Source: Octopus bimaculoides (Eukaryota). Taken from it: a DNA stretch of 49,494 nucleotides. Below are positions 12,225 through 24,366 of this stretch, in pieces. Under the pieces are notes generated by a model. That model was not told the origin of the DNA and searched no databases. It worked only from the letters and a program-made list of their open reading frames with translations. How positions within the stretch are numbered: the stretch's first letter is position 1; each line of letters begins with the position of its first letter. A program made the position numbers and the translations under genes. The DNA is taken from NCBI RefSeq assembly GCF_001194135.2, contig NC_068981.1:133246102-133295595 (forward strand), in the 5' to 3' direction.

Positions 12225-12393
12225 TGCGTGTGTGCGTGTGTGCGCGCGTGTGTATACATATACATATATATATATATACACGCACATACATATTTGTATA
12301 GAACGGGCTTCCGCACACTTTCCGTTGTGCAAATTCACTCGCAAGGCATTGGTCAGCCCGGTTGCATGCCAGAAGACACTTGCCCAAGATGCC
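11975..12393 (-). mobile_element. SINE family A, diverged copy with expanded internal TG tract
   Basis: GAACCGCTAAG body, a microsatellite, then GGGCTT..AATTCACTCGCAAGGC..AGAAGACACTTGCCCAAG. Confidence 0.7.
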
Positions 12394-12642
12394 ATACACC
12401 TCCAAGAAGATTAGAAAAGTATGGCAACATAAAGAAAAAAAAATGGCACCCAAAATAACCAAATTTATAAAAGTCCAAAACTGCCTCAAACGTCAGAACC
12501 AAACATAACTGAAATGAAACTCAACATCAGTCAACTAAACAAGAAAATAACAATCAATAAATAATAAACAATAACCTATAAACAGAAAACTGGCAAACAT
12601 TTGTATCCATCATAGATCTCAAAACTATCAGTAAAACACTAG

Positions 12643-12908
12643 TTATTCTCTTTTATTTTTTACTTGTTAGTTTCATGGGACAGCGACCAGCTAGGACACT
12701 GCTTCAAAAGGCTTTTAGTCGAACAGATTGTATCTACCGTGCTTATATCAAGTTATGTACTTATTGATTCGTTCTATTATACTGAGCCGCTAAGTTACAG
12801 GAGCATAAACAAAGCAATGTCGAGCAGTGGGGTGGATATAGACAGACACAAAAACACACACTTATACGATGGGCTTCCACTCATATACATATATACATAT
12901 CCATCCGT

Positions 12909-12945
<37 letters not shown>

Positions 12946-13252
12946 TACATGCATACACACACACACANNNNNNNNNNNNNNNNNNNNNNNNNNNNNNNNN
13001 NNNNNNNNNNNNNNNNNNNNNNNNNNNNNNNNNNNNNNNNNNNNNNNNNNNNNNNNNNNNNNNNNNNNNNNNNNNNNNNNNNNNNNNNNNNNNNNNNNNN
13101 NNNNNNNNNNNNNNNNNNNNNNNNNNNNNNNNNNNNNNNNNNNNNNNNNNNNNNNNGCTATCGTAGAACACACTTGCCCAAGGTGCTGCGCTATGGGACA
13201 GAACCTGAAACCACATGGTTGCAAAGCGAGCCTCTTAGCCATACAACCATCC
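12643..13252 (-). mobile_element. SINE family A, diverged, with a gap in the internal microsatellite
   Basis: Tail and body at 12643-12850; head CACTTGCCCAAGGTGC..GAACCTGAAACCACATGGTTGC at 13170-13252. Confidence 0.7.
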
Positions 13253-14419
13253 TTGCACTTCTATATAGAGGTTAAAGAAAAAAGTAACAAAAACAAGAAC
13301 AACGTTTATACCACAGCACATGTCACAATAACAACATGTAACACTATATCCACACAGCTACAGCAAATAAACAAACGCTAAAATCAAGAGTTTTTCGAAA
13401 TCAGCCACCAAAATCTACACCGAATACATATCGTAAAATGCATATCTTCCCGTAGAGTATGATTTCGAACCCTTCTTTCGATTAGGTAGAAAAATACAAT
13501 ACGGACATCTAAAAATTCAAAAGTTATAAGAGCAGGTAAATATCACAAACTTACACCCCAGAACTGGCTCTCACAATGTTTAAAATAGCACCCACGAAAT
13601 TCCCAGTCGCCTTTCTTGCCAGTAACATAAGAGGACGTGAAATACGACCAACTTTCACACTCCAAAACATAAACATACCACACACACGCACGCACACACG
13701 CATACACATACACAAAGATGTACAAACAAAAGGTAAAACTTCTAGTAATTACAATTCCTCTGTAACATGACCACATAGATAGATGCAGTAATGAAAACAA
13801 AACGACGCACAAACATAATTAAAGCAATCGCAGCTATAACTACAACAATGTTATATATACAACACATGAGTTCCATCATGGATCATGCTAGCGCTACTTA
13901 GGCTCCAATCCTCCCACAATAAAACGACAAAGCACAGAAAATTGAGCACTTCTCATTATGGCAAACTGCACAGTGATTACACAGAAAACAGGATAAACAA
14001 TGCTAGAAATTAAAGAGCATCCGGATATACACATGGGGTCATTTTGATACTGAGGGAAGCTTCAGACCTTAAAGTTCCTGTTAGGACAGGTCATGAAAAT
14101 CACTTCCAAATACACAGAGCACTACAAATTATTAAAACATTCTAAAAACAATAGCTCTTCCGGACAAACATGAGGAACACATGCGCACATAAATAACCGT
14201 AACATTAATAACTTCAGTGGTTCTATACACTTTAGTGGGATGCACACCATTGACAATATGCTCAAAGAGCAGCAACAGTCCCACTCTTAACTCGTCTAAC
14301 TTGACTACCTCTGCTGTGGTCACCACAAGAATCTTACGTGCGGACAGGGTAGAGAGGGCAACGTATGCAGACCCTCGTGCTGCACCCATACTATGCATCA
14401 GTGCATGTTGCAGTGTGTA

Positions 14420-14590
14420 GACTGGTCCTCAACGAAGCAGAGGAGAGAGTCATGATTTAATATGGTTTAACAGGGAAGATGGATCTGAAAGTCACACCTC
14501 ATTGTTCGGTCGAAATACCTGTCTCAATGAGAGAATCGATCGATCGAGGCAGACCTGGGGCTAAACAACATTTACAACAATAACAACAAC
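14420..14590 (+). mobile_element. Probable retroposon 3' end with (AAC)n tail
   Basis: Ends GATCGAGGCAGACCTGGGGCTAAACAACA..ACAACAATAACAACAAC; a weakly similar end lies at ~42740-42772. Confidence 0.35.
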
Positions 14591-15000
14591 ATAGAGACTT
14601 TCCAGTGAACGAAACGCGATTATCATTTTGTAAAAGACATTGTGTATTATTTTTTCATTAATAAACTAAAATAATTATATATTCATAGAAACAACTGGAT
14701 AATCAATCACATAGACCTAAGGTATACAAAAAAGCAACACACGCATACACATACACACACAAATACACACTTACACATACACACATTCATTCACACACAC
14801 ACACTTACACAAACAAACAAACACACAAACACTTGTGCTAGGACGGCAATGCACAGGTACGGGTACACAGCAGTTGAAATAAAATACAGGATCCTATGAA
14901 CGCATGAGATTTGTTTATGTTTGTAAAAATGACACCATTAAAAACAATGCGATCACACACACACATAAAGACATCAGCATACAAATATTCATGTCCTATG

Positions 15001-15050
<50 letters not shown>

Positions 15051-15103
15051 AATTCATGTATGTATATGTGGTAATATAAAGTACTATGTATACGTATATA
15101 GAC

Positions 15104-15167
<64 letters not shown>

Positions 15168-15347
15168 GTGTCCGTATCAATGCGCTACGGCATGTATGTA
15201 TATATCACAAGTGCGTAGACATATGGACTATATACATGCACCTACACAAACAGATGCATATATATATATATATATGAAATCATATAAAAGAAAACAATTA
15301 TAAAATTTACTACCACAAGTATATGAAAAGTTACAAGAAATACTTCT

Positions 15348-15397
<50 letters not shown>

Positions 15398-16173
15398 AAT
15401 TGTCATTTTCTCTCCGTTTTTTATCCTTACACCATTCATTAATTCATCCATCCATTTGTCATTCTACCCATCCAATCCGTTCGTCCGTCCGTCCATCCAT
15501 CTATCCTTCCATCCATCCATACATTCATTTATTCATTCTATCCTTTTTTTTTATCTCTCGCATTCTCTAATTCTCTTCCATTTATAAACTCTTTTGTTTT
15601 TGGTCCATAATTAATGAAAGTACCTACCCGCATAGTACTGGCACTGAAGAATAGAGCAGCTCCAATTAGGATGAATAACGTCAATTTACTTGTAGTCCAC
15701 ATGTCCGATTTACACATACAGTAAAATCTCTCTTTCCGTCTCTCTCTCTCTCTCTCTCTCTCCCTCTCTCCCTCTTTCTCACTCTTTCACTAACGAGGAT
15801 AAAACATCTGGGAGACCTTGTATATATATTTACATATACATATATATATCTGTGAAGTTGCTATATATATATTGATAGTCAGCCGTCTTAACTCTCGGCT
15901 TTCTTTCTCTTTCTGCTTAATACAAGAAACAAATCAACCGCTTTTCCCTGTTTGCCGGAAACTTCTAGTGTAATACGCATTCTTTTGTAATTGGATTAAG
16001 TTAACTTCAACCAAACTAAACGTATTAGAAAATATACTCCGCCTTCTACTCATTCTTTCGCGCTGTACATATTTGTGTGTGTCTTTCTCTCTCTCGCTCT
16101 CTGTTTCTCTTTCTCTATTTCTCTGTGTATCTGTCTCTCTTCCCATCTCTCATTATTTCGCTGCTCACACATT

Positions 16174-16216
<43 letters not shown>

Positions 16217-16310
16217 GCGCGCGCGCTTTCACTCTTTTTTTCCTGTTATCATATTTACTATCGCTCTGTCTCTTACTCACATGTGCATCTAAACAGCTGT
16301 GCATGTACAC

Positions 16311-16419
<109 letters not shown>

Positions 16420-16780
16420 TTTATATATGTGTACGCGCGTACGTCTGTGTATACGCACACAGACGCACACATATATATACGTATATGAATGTATGTGTGA
16501 GTGAGTGTATAAGTATGTGTATATATGTGTCTGTATGTGTGTATATGTGTGTGTGCGCGTGTGTGCATGTCTGTGCGTAACTGTGCTTCTTTCGCACTTT
16601 ATGCTTTTATTTTCCCTGATTGCTCCGGTGAACTCCACCCCTTATCATTTTATGATTCAAATTCGATTTCTCTCCCGTTTCCTCTTTCTATCGGTTTCGC
16701 TTCCATAGCTCCTTTTATCGCAGTCTTCTTCACATTCCTCTATATTTCACTCTCAGTTCATTTTCCGTTGTTTTTAGAAA

Positions 16781-16813
<33 letters not shown>

Positions 16814-17172
16814 CGTTTGCTGTGGTGGTTATTGTTGTTGTAACTGTTGTTGTCAATGTTCCTCCTTCTTTCGTTAGCTTTCCCTTTCAAATCTGCTCCC
16901 TCTCATTCTTCTTCTTCTTCTTCTTCTTCTTCCTTTTCTTCTTCTTCTTCTTCTTCTTCTTCTTCTTCTTCTTCTTCTTCCTTTTCTTCTTCTTCTTCTT
17001 CTTCTTCTTCTTCTTCTTCTTCTTCTCCTTCTTCTCCTTCTTCTTCTTTATTTCTTTTCTCTTCCCCGTCCACTTCCTCACCCTCTTCCTCTTCTAGCTT
17101 CAGGTTCAGCAAACCCTTTCTGTGCCCCACCACCACTACCACCACTACCACTACCACCACCACCACCACCAC
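16781..17172. repeat. Compound (GTA)n, (GTT)n, (CTT)n and (CAC)n trinucleotide tracts
   Basis: Read directly; (CTT)n spans about 16905-17095 and is the source of the poly-K/E/S/F ORF artefacts. Confidence 0.95.
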
Positions 17173-18050
17173 CTCTCCTTTTCAACTAGCTTTCGTCTCT
17201 TTAGTTGCTTCCATTTCGTTCGTTCGATTTCATATGCATCAACCAATCCAGCGGTGCGCGAACGAATGAGCGAACAAGTGAACAGGCGAACAAGCGAACA
17301 AACGAACAAGCGAACTGCTCCTACATATTAAAAGCTGGAAAGCGACACATGCAGTCATGCAGTCATGCAGTCAGGCAGGCAGGCAGGCGGGTAGGCAGGC
17401 TGTGAATTATACGGTTCGCATACAATATAAAGAGCGGTCTCCGTCCAGCCCCGTTCAAACAGTGTTTAACTTTGAACATGCTGAATCAGCTGCAGATGTA
17501 GAAGGAGATAATCATGTTTAATCGGCTTACAGAAACCTTGCGAATTTACAAACCAACATCGGTTACAGTTTTTAAATAAGGTCCGAAACAATGCAAAACA
17601 GACGCCCGCGCTTTCTCAGTCATATGCACAAATAAACATATACACATTTATCAGATAGACACACACACATACACATACGCACGCACGCACACACATACAT
17701 ACATACATACATACATACGTACATACATACATACATACATACATACATACATGCATTTCTTTTTTTATTCTTTTACTTGTTCCATTTACGGGCCTACAGC
17801 CATGCTCGAACTAATCGACCCAGTAACTTAATTTACATATTCAATCGATCAGTTATTGTTGAACTTCTTGACTAGTGACGTAAACAAACTTGCAGCGGTG
17901 AGGAGATAAGCACAAAGACGCGCACATGTAAAGACACAAACACACACACATACATACATATATACGTACATACATGCATACATACATACATGTATACATA
18001 CATAGGTACGTACATAAACACACACATACACTCACGCGCACACACATATA

Positions 18051-18230
18051 GTTTACAGAAAACAGTAGACGAAGACAGGTGAAAGAACAACAAGCAGGTA
18101 TATTAATTTGACGTTCAGGAAGAATGGAAAAGTCTTTGACATTTCGAACCTAAGCTCTTCAACAGAAAATATTAAGAGGGGGAAAACGGAGGGAGAAAAG
18201 AAATGTGCCGAGAATAACGGTTTAACATGG
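18051..18230 (-). mobile_element. 184-bp-family repeat with hammerhead-like motif
   Basis: Minus: TTTT-CTGTTGA-A-GAGC-TTAG-GTTC-GAAA-T-GTC-AAAG (plus 18134-18169), followed by CACCTGTCTTCGTC as at 29249. Confidence 0.6.
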
Positions 18231-18419
18231 TAAGTATGTATGTATGTATGTATGTATGCATGTATCTATGTATGTATGTATGTATGTATGTATGTATGTA
18301 TGCATGTATCTATGTATGTATGTATGTATGTATGTATGCATGTATCTATGTATGTATGTATGTATGTATGTATGTATGCATGTATGTATGTATGTATGTA
18401 TGTATGTATGTATGCATAA

Positions 18420-18490
18420 GCTAGTGGACAATGGTGCCGCATTGTGGGACTGAACCTGATGCCACATAGTTGCGAAGCGAGGCTCTTTTT
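18420..18490 (-). mobile_element. SINE family A head fragment
   Basis: GGTGCCGCATTGTGGGACTGAACC..CCACATAGTTGCGAAGC matches the family A head. Confidence 0.55.
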
Positions 18491-19029
18491 CACACAACAA
18501 TGTCAGCCCCTAATTTTGGGATTGAAAGCTATACCACTACCAAACTGTATGCCACTGCATAATGCCAAAGGCCCCCACCTTCTCCGTCTAACGTAAGGAC
18601 CTAATAATACAATAGCATAGAATCCAATGGCTCGCAGTTTTTCACTACTTTGAGGTCTGCAAGGCGTAAATAATTTTTTTCCTGCGATACCCAGTGACTC
18701 CACGTCACAAAAAAATTGCTACTAAAGGTGGAGTTGTCCAAACACTCTCATTCACCAAAGCCAAAAACGGAGAGAGCGACCTTCAAATACAATGAAATAC
18801 ACTATCACCAATTGTGACACTGCATCATAACGTCAGCCACTGGCTGAAAAAAGCAAAACTGGTGTTTACTGGACCTTTAAGTCTCGCCTGATGAATTTTT
18901 CAGCCATTCTTGCTTAAAGTCAGACAGTTGTATGAAACTTTAAGTACCAGAATTTGACTCTACTCTCCGTACTGAGTTGTCCAATAAATAAACTTTCTGC
19001 TGTTGTTCTCAAACCTTTTTAAAAAAGTA

Positions 19030-19660
19030 ACAGCTTCTGATAGAGGCACAAGACCAAACGTTTTGGGGAGTAATCGATAACCTCGGCCCCAGTACTTGAC
19101 TGGTACTTTATTTTATCGACTTTGGTGGGATGAAAGGCAAAGTTATCCTCGGTGGTATTTGAACGAAGAATCGAAAGATTCGGAATAAAAAGCGCAAAAA
19201 TTTTTTTATCTGACGCTCTATTAATTCTGCCATTTCATCGCACCAGCCTACTTTAAAATAATCCTTTCTACTATAGGTAGAAAGCCTGAAATTTTCAGGG
19301 AAGAGGTTAGTCGATTACATCAACCCCATTACTTAACTGGTACTTACTTTATTGATCCCGAAAGGATGAAAGACAAAGTCGGTCTCAGTAGAATTTGAAC
19401 TCAGAACGTAAAGGAGAACAAAATGCCGCTAAGCATTTTGACAGCATGCCTTAACCTGCTTAAAATATTGATTTCAATTTTTGGCACAAAGCTAGCAATT
19501 TCGGGGGTCGGATAAGTCGATTACATCGAACCCAGTGTTCAGCTGGTACTTACTTTATTGACCCCAAAAAGATGAAAAGCAAAGTCGACCTCGGTAGAAT
19601 TTGAACTCAGAACGGATGAAGTGCTATACAATTTGCACGACGTTCTAACGATTCTGCTTT
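19030..19660 (-). mobile_element. Three head-to-tail SINE family B copies
   Basis: Three repeats of CTGGTACTT..GGATGAAAG.CAAAG..ATTTGAAC[T]CAGAACG at approximately 19030-19250, 19258-19460 and 19465-19660. Confidence 0.8.
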
Positions 19661-19689
19661 AAAATAGCATCAATTTAATAATCACTAAG

Positions 19690-19967
19690 GTCATGGTGGG
19701 GCGTCGCTTTGAGGACTTTTAGTTGAACGAATCGGCTCCAGTACTTGTTTTAAGTCTGGTACTTATATTTGTACATATATTACACACACGCACACACACA
19801 CACACCCACACACGCACACACACACACACACATACACAAACACACACACGGTTTCCGTCTACAAAATCCACTTACAAGACCAGACACTTGCCCAAGATCT
19901 CTGGTAGCGGTGTAACTGAACCTAGAACTCTGATTGAGACATAAACTTCTTATCACAAAGCCATGCC
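19690..19967 (-). mobile_element. SINE family A, diverged with internal deletions
   Basis: GTTTCCGTCTACAAAATCCAC..GACACTTGCCCAAG..ACTGAACC..CTTATCACAAAGCCATG. Confidence 0.6.
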
Positions 19968-19984
19968 TTTATACATACATACAT

Positions 19985-20079
<95 letters not shown>

Positions 20080-20374
20080 TTATGCATGTACGTATGTATG
20101 TACAGATGTATATATTTCCGTAATTTTAATCTCTAAGTTCAAACCATGTCATTGGGAAAAAAAAGCTTCTTATCAGACAGCCATATATAAATTGATATAT
20201 AAATATATAACAATTTATATATCAGACGCCTATATAAATTGTTATTTAGAGTCATATCTTTAAGTATTTCATCTTTCTGTTAATTCAGAATCAACGATGG
20301 TCTTTTGGTAGATTTGAATGATTAAGAATTAACAAGGTCCGTTTGACTCTATGGATATATTATTACTTTTAATG

Positions 20375-20915
20375 TTATCATCAGTCCGAATACTCTGGAT
20401 GCACGTTCGAACTGGGGAACAAGCTACTGTACGACGACTGGCAGCGTCATTCGGCGACTCACCGTAAGTAATTTTACGGAGGGGTCGAACGTGCATCAAG
20501 CATATTTGGACTCATAATAACATCGCGAATTTACTTATCACTTAGTGCTCCCCGTCCGTAATTTATTTACGGTGAACCGCCGCATAGCGCTGCCAGTCAT
20601 CATAGGGTGACTGGAAAAGCATAAGAGAGGATAATCTGTTAATTCAGCTCATAGTGTCGTCTGCTTAGTGTCTGTGTCCGATGAGGAGGTAACTACTCCG
20701 AAATGCTAGCATCTCACAGTCTAGGTAGATGGCGCTGCGAGCTGATCCAGATGTATACACACTATTTGTCGACAAGCAAAATATATTCTCCGTGACAAAA
20801 TGCAGTGAGTAGCTTGTTCCCTAGTTCGAGCGTGCATCAAGCATATTCGAACTGATAATAAAATTGCAAATTTATTTATCACTGCTTAGCGCTTCCCCTC
20901 CGTAATTATTATTAC
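20375..20915 (+). mobile_element. Retrozyme-like element: ~341-bp monomer with ~90-bp terminal redundancy, preceded by an inverted, internally deleted copy
   Basis: Direct repeat 20485-20570 versus 20826-20915; inverted repeats 20375-20428 versus 20808-20861 and 20436-20484 versus 20550-20598; type I hammerhead at 20672-20719. Confidence 0.7.
20672..20719 (+). ncRNA. Type I hammerhead ribozyme, slightly mutated
   Basis: CTGTGT-CCGATGA-GGAG-GTAACTA-CTCC-GAAA-TGC-TA-GC-ATC-TCACAG. Stem I is CTGTG/CACAG, stem II is GGAG/CTCC, and stem III is the palindrome ATGCTAGCAT, with an AUC site after 20713. Deviations are U4C and a U.U mismatch at 1.1/2.1. Confidence 0.65.
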
Positions 20916-20923
20916 TGTCTATT

Positions 20924-21283
20924 GACAGGCATGGCTGTGTGGTAAAGAAGCTCGCGAAGCAAGTACATTATTTTGAATTCTGTCCCACTGCGCGGCACCT
21001 TGAGCAATTACGTTCTGTTGTAACCCTGAGTTGATCAACAATACTTTTGAGTGAATCTGGTGGACGAAAATTGTGTAGAAACCCATTGTGTGTGTCTTCG
21101 TGTTTGTTTATCCCCCAACACGACTTCACAGCCGGTGCTGGTTTGTTTACGTCCCCGTAACTTACCCGTTCGGCAAAAAAGACCAGATTTAAAAAGTAGC
21201 TCTTGAGGTCGATTTCTTCGACTAAACGCTTCAAGACAGTCCCCTAGTATGAGTGCAGTGGAATGACTGATAAAAGATAAAAG
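20924..21283 (+). mobile_element. SINE family A, diverged full-length copy
   Basis: ATGGCTGTGTGGTAAAGAAG head, GCGCGGCACCTTGAGCAA CORE-like segment, GTTTACGTCCCCGTAACTTA body and GAATGACTGATAAAAG tail. Confidence 0.75.
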
Positions 21284-21707
21284 GAAACACATAGCCTCTA
21301 ATTTTAGCATTAATTTCGGGGTCGTATATGTGGTAGAAAGACTTCTGACTAGTGTCTATTTTTGGGGGATGACCGTATCTATGCTGTGTGATAGACTTGA
21401 TTCCTTCCCTTTACGTTAGCCGCTCTAGCATTTTGAATGGAAACCTTATTATTTTACGAAACCATTTCTCCTCGATATGACTAACTGTCCTTTTCTCTCA
21501 TGACTTCTCTTATAATCTCTTCTCTGATGTTTTATCATTCTCGCTGTGCTACATGATTCAATTTTCCCTTTGATTTGTTGAAAAATTCGATTTCTTTTTA
21601 CGGCGTATTTTTTTCTTCTCTTCATATTTTAATTCTAAATTGTTTTACCTTTTATTCTTTTCACGGTCGATTCTCTACAATTATTGCTTTATTATTACTT
21701 TAATTAT

Positions 21708-21917
21708 CAAGGCGGTAAACTGGCACAATCGATAACACACCGCACAAAAAAAAAAAAAGATGCATCGCAGCATTTTCTGTCTTTACGATCCGGGTTCAAA
21801 TTCATCGTTTCAGGGCGAACGTATTAATTACCAGTTAAGTTCTGCCATCGATGCAGTCGACTAGCTTATTCTTCTCTAAAATTTCAAGCCTGATTCCTAA
21901 AGCAGAAAGGATTATTT
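21708..21917 (+). mobile_element. SINE family B, diverged
   Basis: AAGGCGGTAAACTGGCACAATCG head, GGGTTCAAATT B box and ATTTCAAGCC..GAAAGGATTATT tail. Confidence 0.6.
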
Positions 21918-22102
21918 CAACAATTATTGCTTGCTTGTATCTAATTACCTGCAAAGATTTCCTTTTTCATCTCGAAACATAATATTTTGCTTGATTGCTT
22001 TGCACGATTTAACTTTCACTCGTTCAATTAATAACTCTTGTGTGCGATTAAAACGCCATGTTTGTATTGAACTTCAAGTTCTGTACTTGAATTTGTTTGC
22101 AC

Positions 22103-22430
22103 TCTTTTTCTTTTCCTTATTTCTGCCATTAGACTGCGGCCATGCTGTGACACCTCTTTGAAGAATTTTAGACGAACAAATCGACTCCAAGGCTTACTTT
22201 TTTTTGTAAGCCTGTTACTTATTCTATCGGTCTCTTGCTGAGCAGCTAAGTTACGGGGGACGTAAGGACAGCGACACCGGGGTCAAATACAGACACATAA
22301 ACAAATACACATACACACATATAAGACGGGCTTTTTCGAGTTTTCGTCTACAAAACCCACTCACAAGACTTTGGTCGGCCCGAGGATACAGTAGAATACC
22401 CCCACCCAAGTGCCACACAATGGAACCTTA
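22103..22430 (-). mobile_element. SINE family A, head truncated
   Basis: GACTGCGGCCATGCTG tail; CTAAGTTACGGGGGACGTAA; GACGGGCTT..CACTCACAAGACTTTGGTCGGCCCGAGG. Confidence 0.8.
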
Positions 22431-22538
22431 GTAATAATATGTATACATACGTGATATATACATGTACACACACACACATATATATATATATGCATACATA
22501 TATACATGTATAATATACATACATACATGCATACATAC

Positions 22539-22601
<63 letters not shown>

Positions 22602-23181
22602 NNNNNNNNNNNNNNNNNNNNNNNNNNNNNNNNNNNNNNNNNNNNNNNNNNNNNNNNNNNNNNNNNNNNNNNNNNNNNNNNNNNNNNNNNNNNNNNNNNN
22701 NNNNNNNNNNNNNNNNNNNNNNNNNNNNNNNNNNNNNNNNNNNNNNNNNNNNNNNNNNNNNNNNTATATATTAATAAATAAAAGCACAATAAATAAGTAT
22801 TATATAATACAAAGTAAATATCATAAGATAAAGATAATAAAACGACTACACGTGTTTCATAACCAATTTTCAAATAGAAAGAAAATTTAAATCGATTAAA
22901 ATTAATTAAAACTATCGAAAATCAATTCCATTCAAAAATATAGCTAATCTTCAGGTCAAAATACACCAATAATAATAATAAAAGAATGTATATATCAACC
23001 AACAATAAATAACAAATGAATGTTACTTATTATATTAAGATAGAAAAATATTATTAAAAAATATCAAAATAATAAACATTACATAATCAACCCTACGTCC
23101 ATTATAAAATAAGCTAACAGGTATATTATATGCAATGTTAGCTTATATATTATAATGGACGTAGGATCATAGATATATCAT

Positions 23182-23515
23182 GACAACAAGGTATGCGATA
23201 AAAAAGAAAGAAAAGTCGAGAGATATGACAGGTTAGCTTGGGAAGTTAAGCAGTTGTGGTCGAGGAAAAAGGTAGCAGTAGTACCAATAATTATCGAGCC
23301 CTGGGAACAGTGAGCAAAAACCTCGAGAAGTACGTGGAACAAATAGGGACTACAATAAGGGTGGAGCACTTGCAGAAAACAGCATTGCTTGGAACCGCTC
23401 GAATACTCCGGAAAGTGCTCGAAAAGTAAGAGGTGTTACCTTAGTTCACTGGTAGTGAACAGCTGACACTGTAGTAGACCTCCAGCGGTAGAAGCTGTGC
23501 AAAGGCAATGATAAT
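23182..23515 (+). mobile_element. R4/Dong-clade non-LTR retrotransposon 3' fragment (restriction-like endonuclease C-terminus)
   Basis: KKERKVERYDRLAWEVKQLWSRKKVAVVPIII(G, frameshift)ALGTVSKNLEKY..LQKTALLGTARILRKVLEK*, stop at 23427-23429; it runs into ATGATAAT at the gap edge. Confidence 0.85.
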
Positions 23516-23995
23516 NNNNNNNNNNNNNNNNNNNNNNNNNNNNNNNNNNNNNNNNNNNNNNNNNNNNNNNNNNNNNNNNNNNNNNNNNNNNNNNNNNNNN
23601 NNNNNNNNNNNNNNNNNNNNNNNNNNNNNNNNNNNNNNNNNNNNNNNNNNNNNNNNNNNNNNNNNNNNNNNNNNNNNNNNNNNNNNNNNNNNNNNNNNNN
23701 NNNNNNNNNNNNNNNNNNNNNNNNNNNNNNNNNNNNNNNNNNNNNNNNNNNNNNNNNNNNNNNNNNNNNNNNNNNNNNNNNNNNNNNNNNNNNNNNNNNN
23801 NNNNNNNNNNNNNNNNNNNNNNNNNNNNNNNNNNNNNNNNNNNNNNNNNNNNNNNNNNNNNNNNNNNNNNNNNNNNNNNNNNNNNNNNNNNNNNNNNNNN
23901 NNNNNNNNNNNNNNNNNNNNNNNNNNNNNNNNNNNNNNNNNNNNNNNNNNNNNNNNNNNNNNNNNNNNNNNNNNNNNNNNNNNNNNNNNNNNNNN

Positions 23996-24288
23996 GAAAT
24001 GCAAGTCGACCTCGGCGGAATTTGAACTCAGAACGTAACGAAAGACGAAATACCTATTTCTTTACTGCCCACAAGGGGCTACACACAGAGGGGACAAACA
24101 AGAACAGACAAACGGATTAAGTCGATTATATCGACCCCAGTGCGTAACTGGTACTTAATTTATCGACCCCGAAAGGATGAAAGGCAAAGTCGACCTCGGC
24201 GGAATTTGAACTCAGAACGCAGTGGCAGACGAAATACCGCTAAGCAGTTCGCCCGGTGTGCTAACATTTCTGCCAGCTCGCCGCCTTA
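23996..24288 (-). mobile_element. SINE family B, young copy with an internal unit repeated after the tail
   Basis: GGCGGCGAGCTGGCAGAAATGTTAGC head; GTTCTGAGTTCAAATTCCGCCGAGGTCGAC occurs twice; central GCCTTTCATCCTTTCGGGGTCGATAAATTAAGTACCAG. Confidence 0.9.
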
Positions 24289-24289
24289 T

Positions 24290-24320
<31 letters not shown>

Positions 24321-24366
24321 AATAATAATAACAATAATAATAATAATAATAGCAATAATAATAATT

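Noticed and set aside
14132-14420. Overlapping 88-aa and 67-aa ORFs in complex sequence
   Set aside because: No recognisable domain or convincing splice context; covered as an unexplained block instead.
18234-18415. (TATG)n with GCATGTATC interruptions every 36-44 bp
   Set aside because: Ordinary higher-order slippage in a microsatellite.
18888-18950. CTGATGA ... GAAACTTTAAGTA as a hammerhead
   Set aside because: There is no stem II closing the core and no stem I in register.
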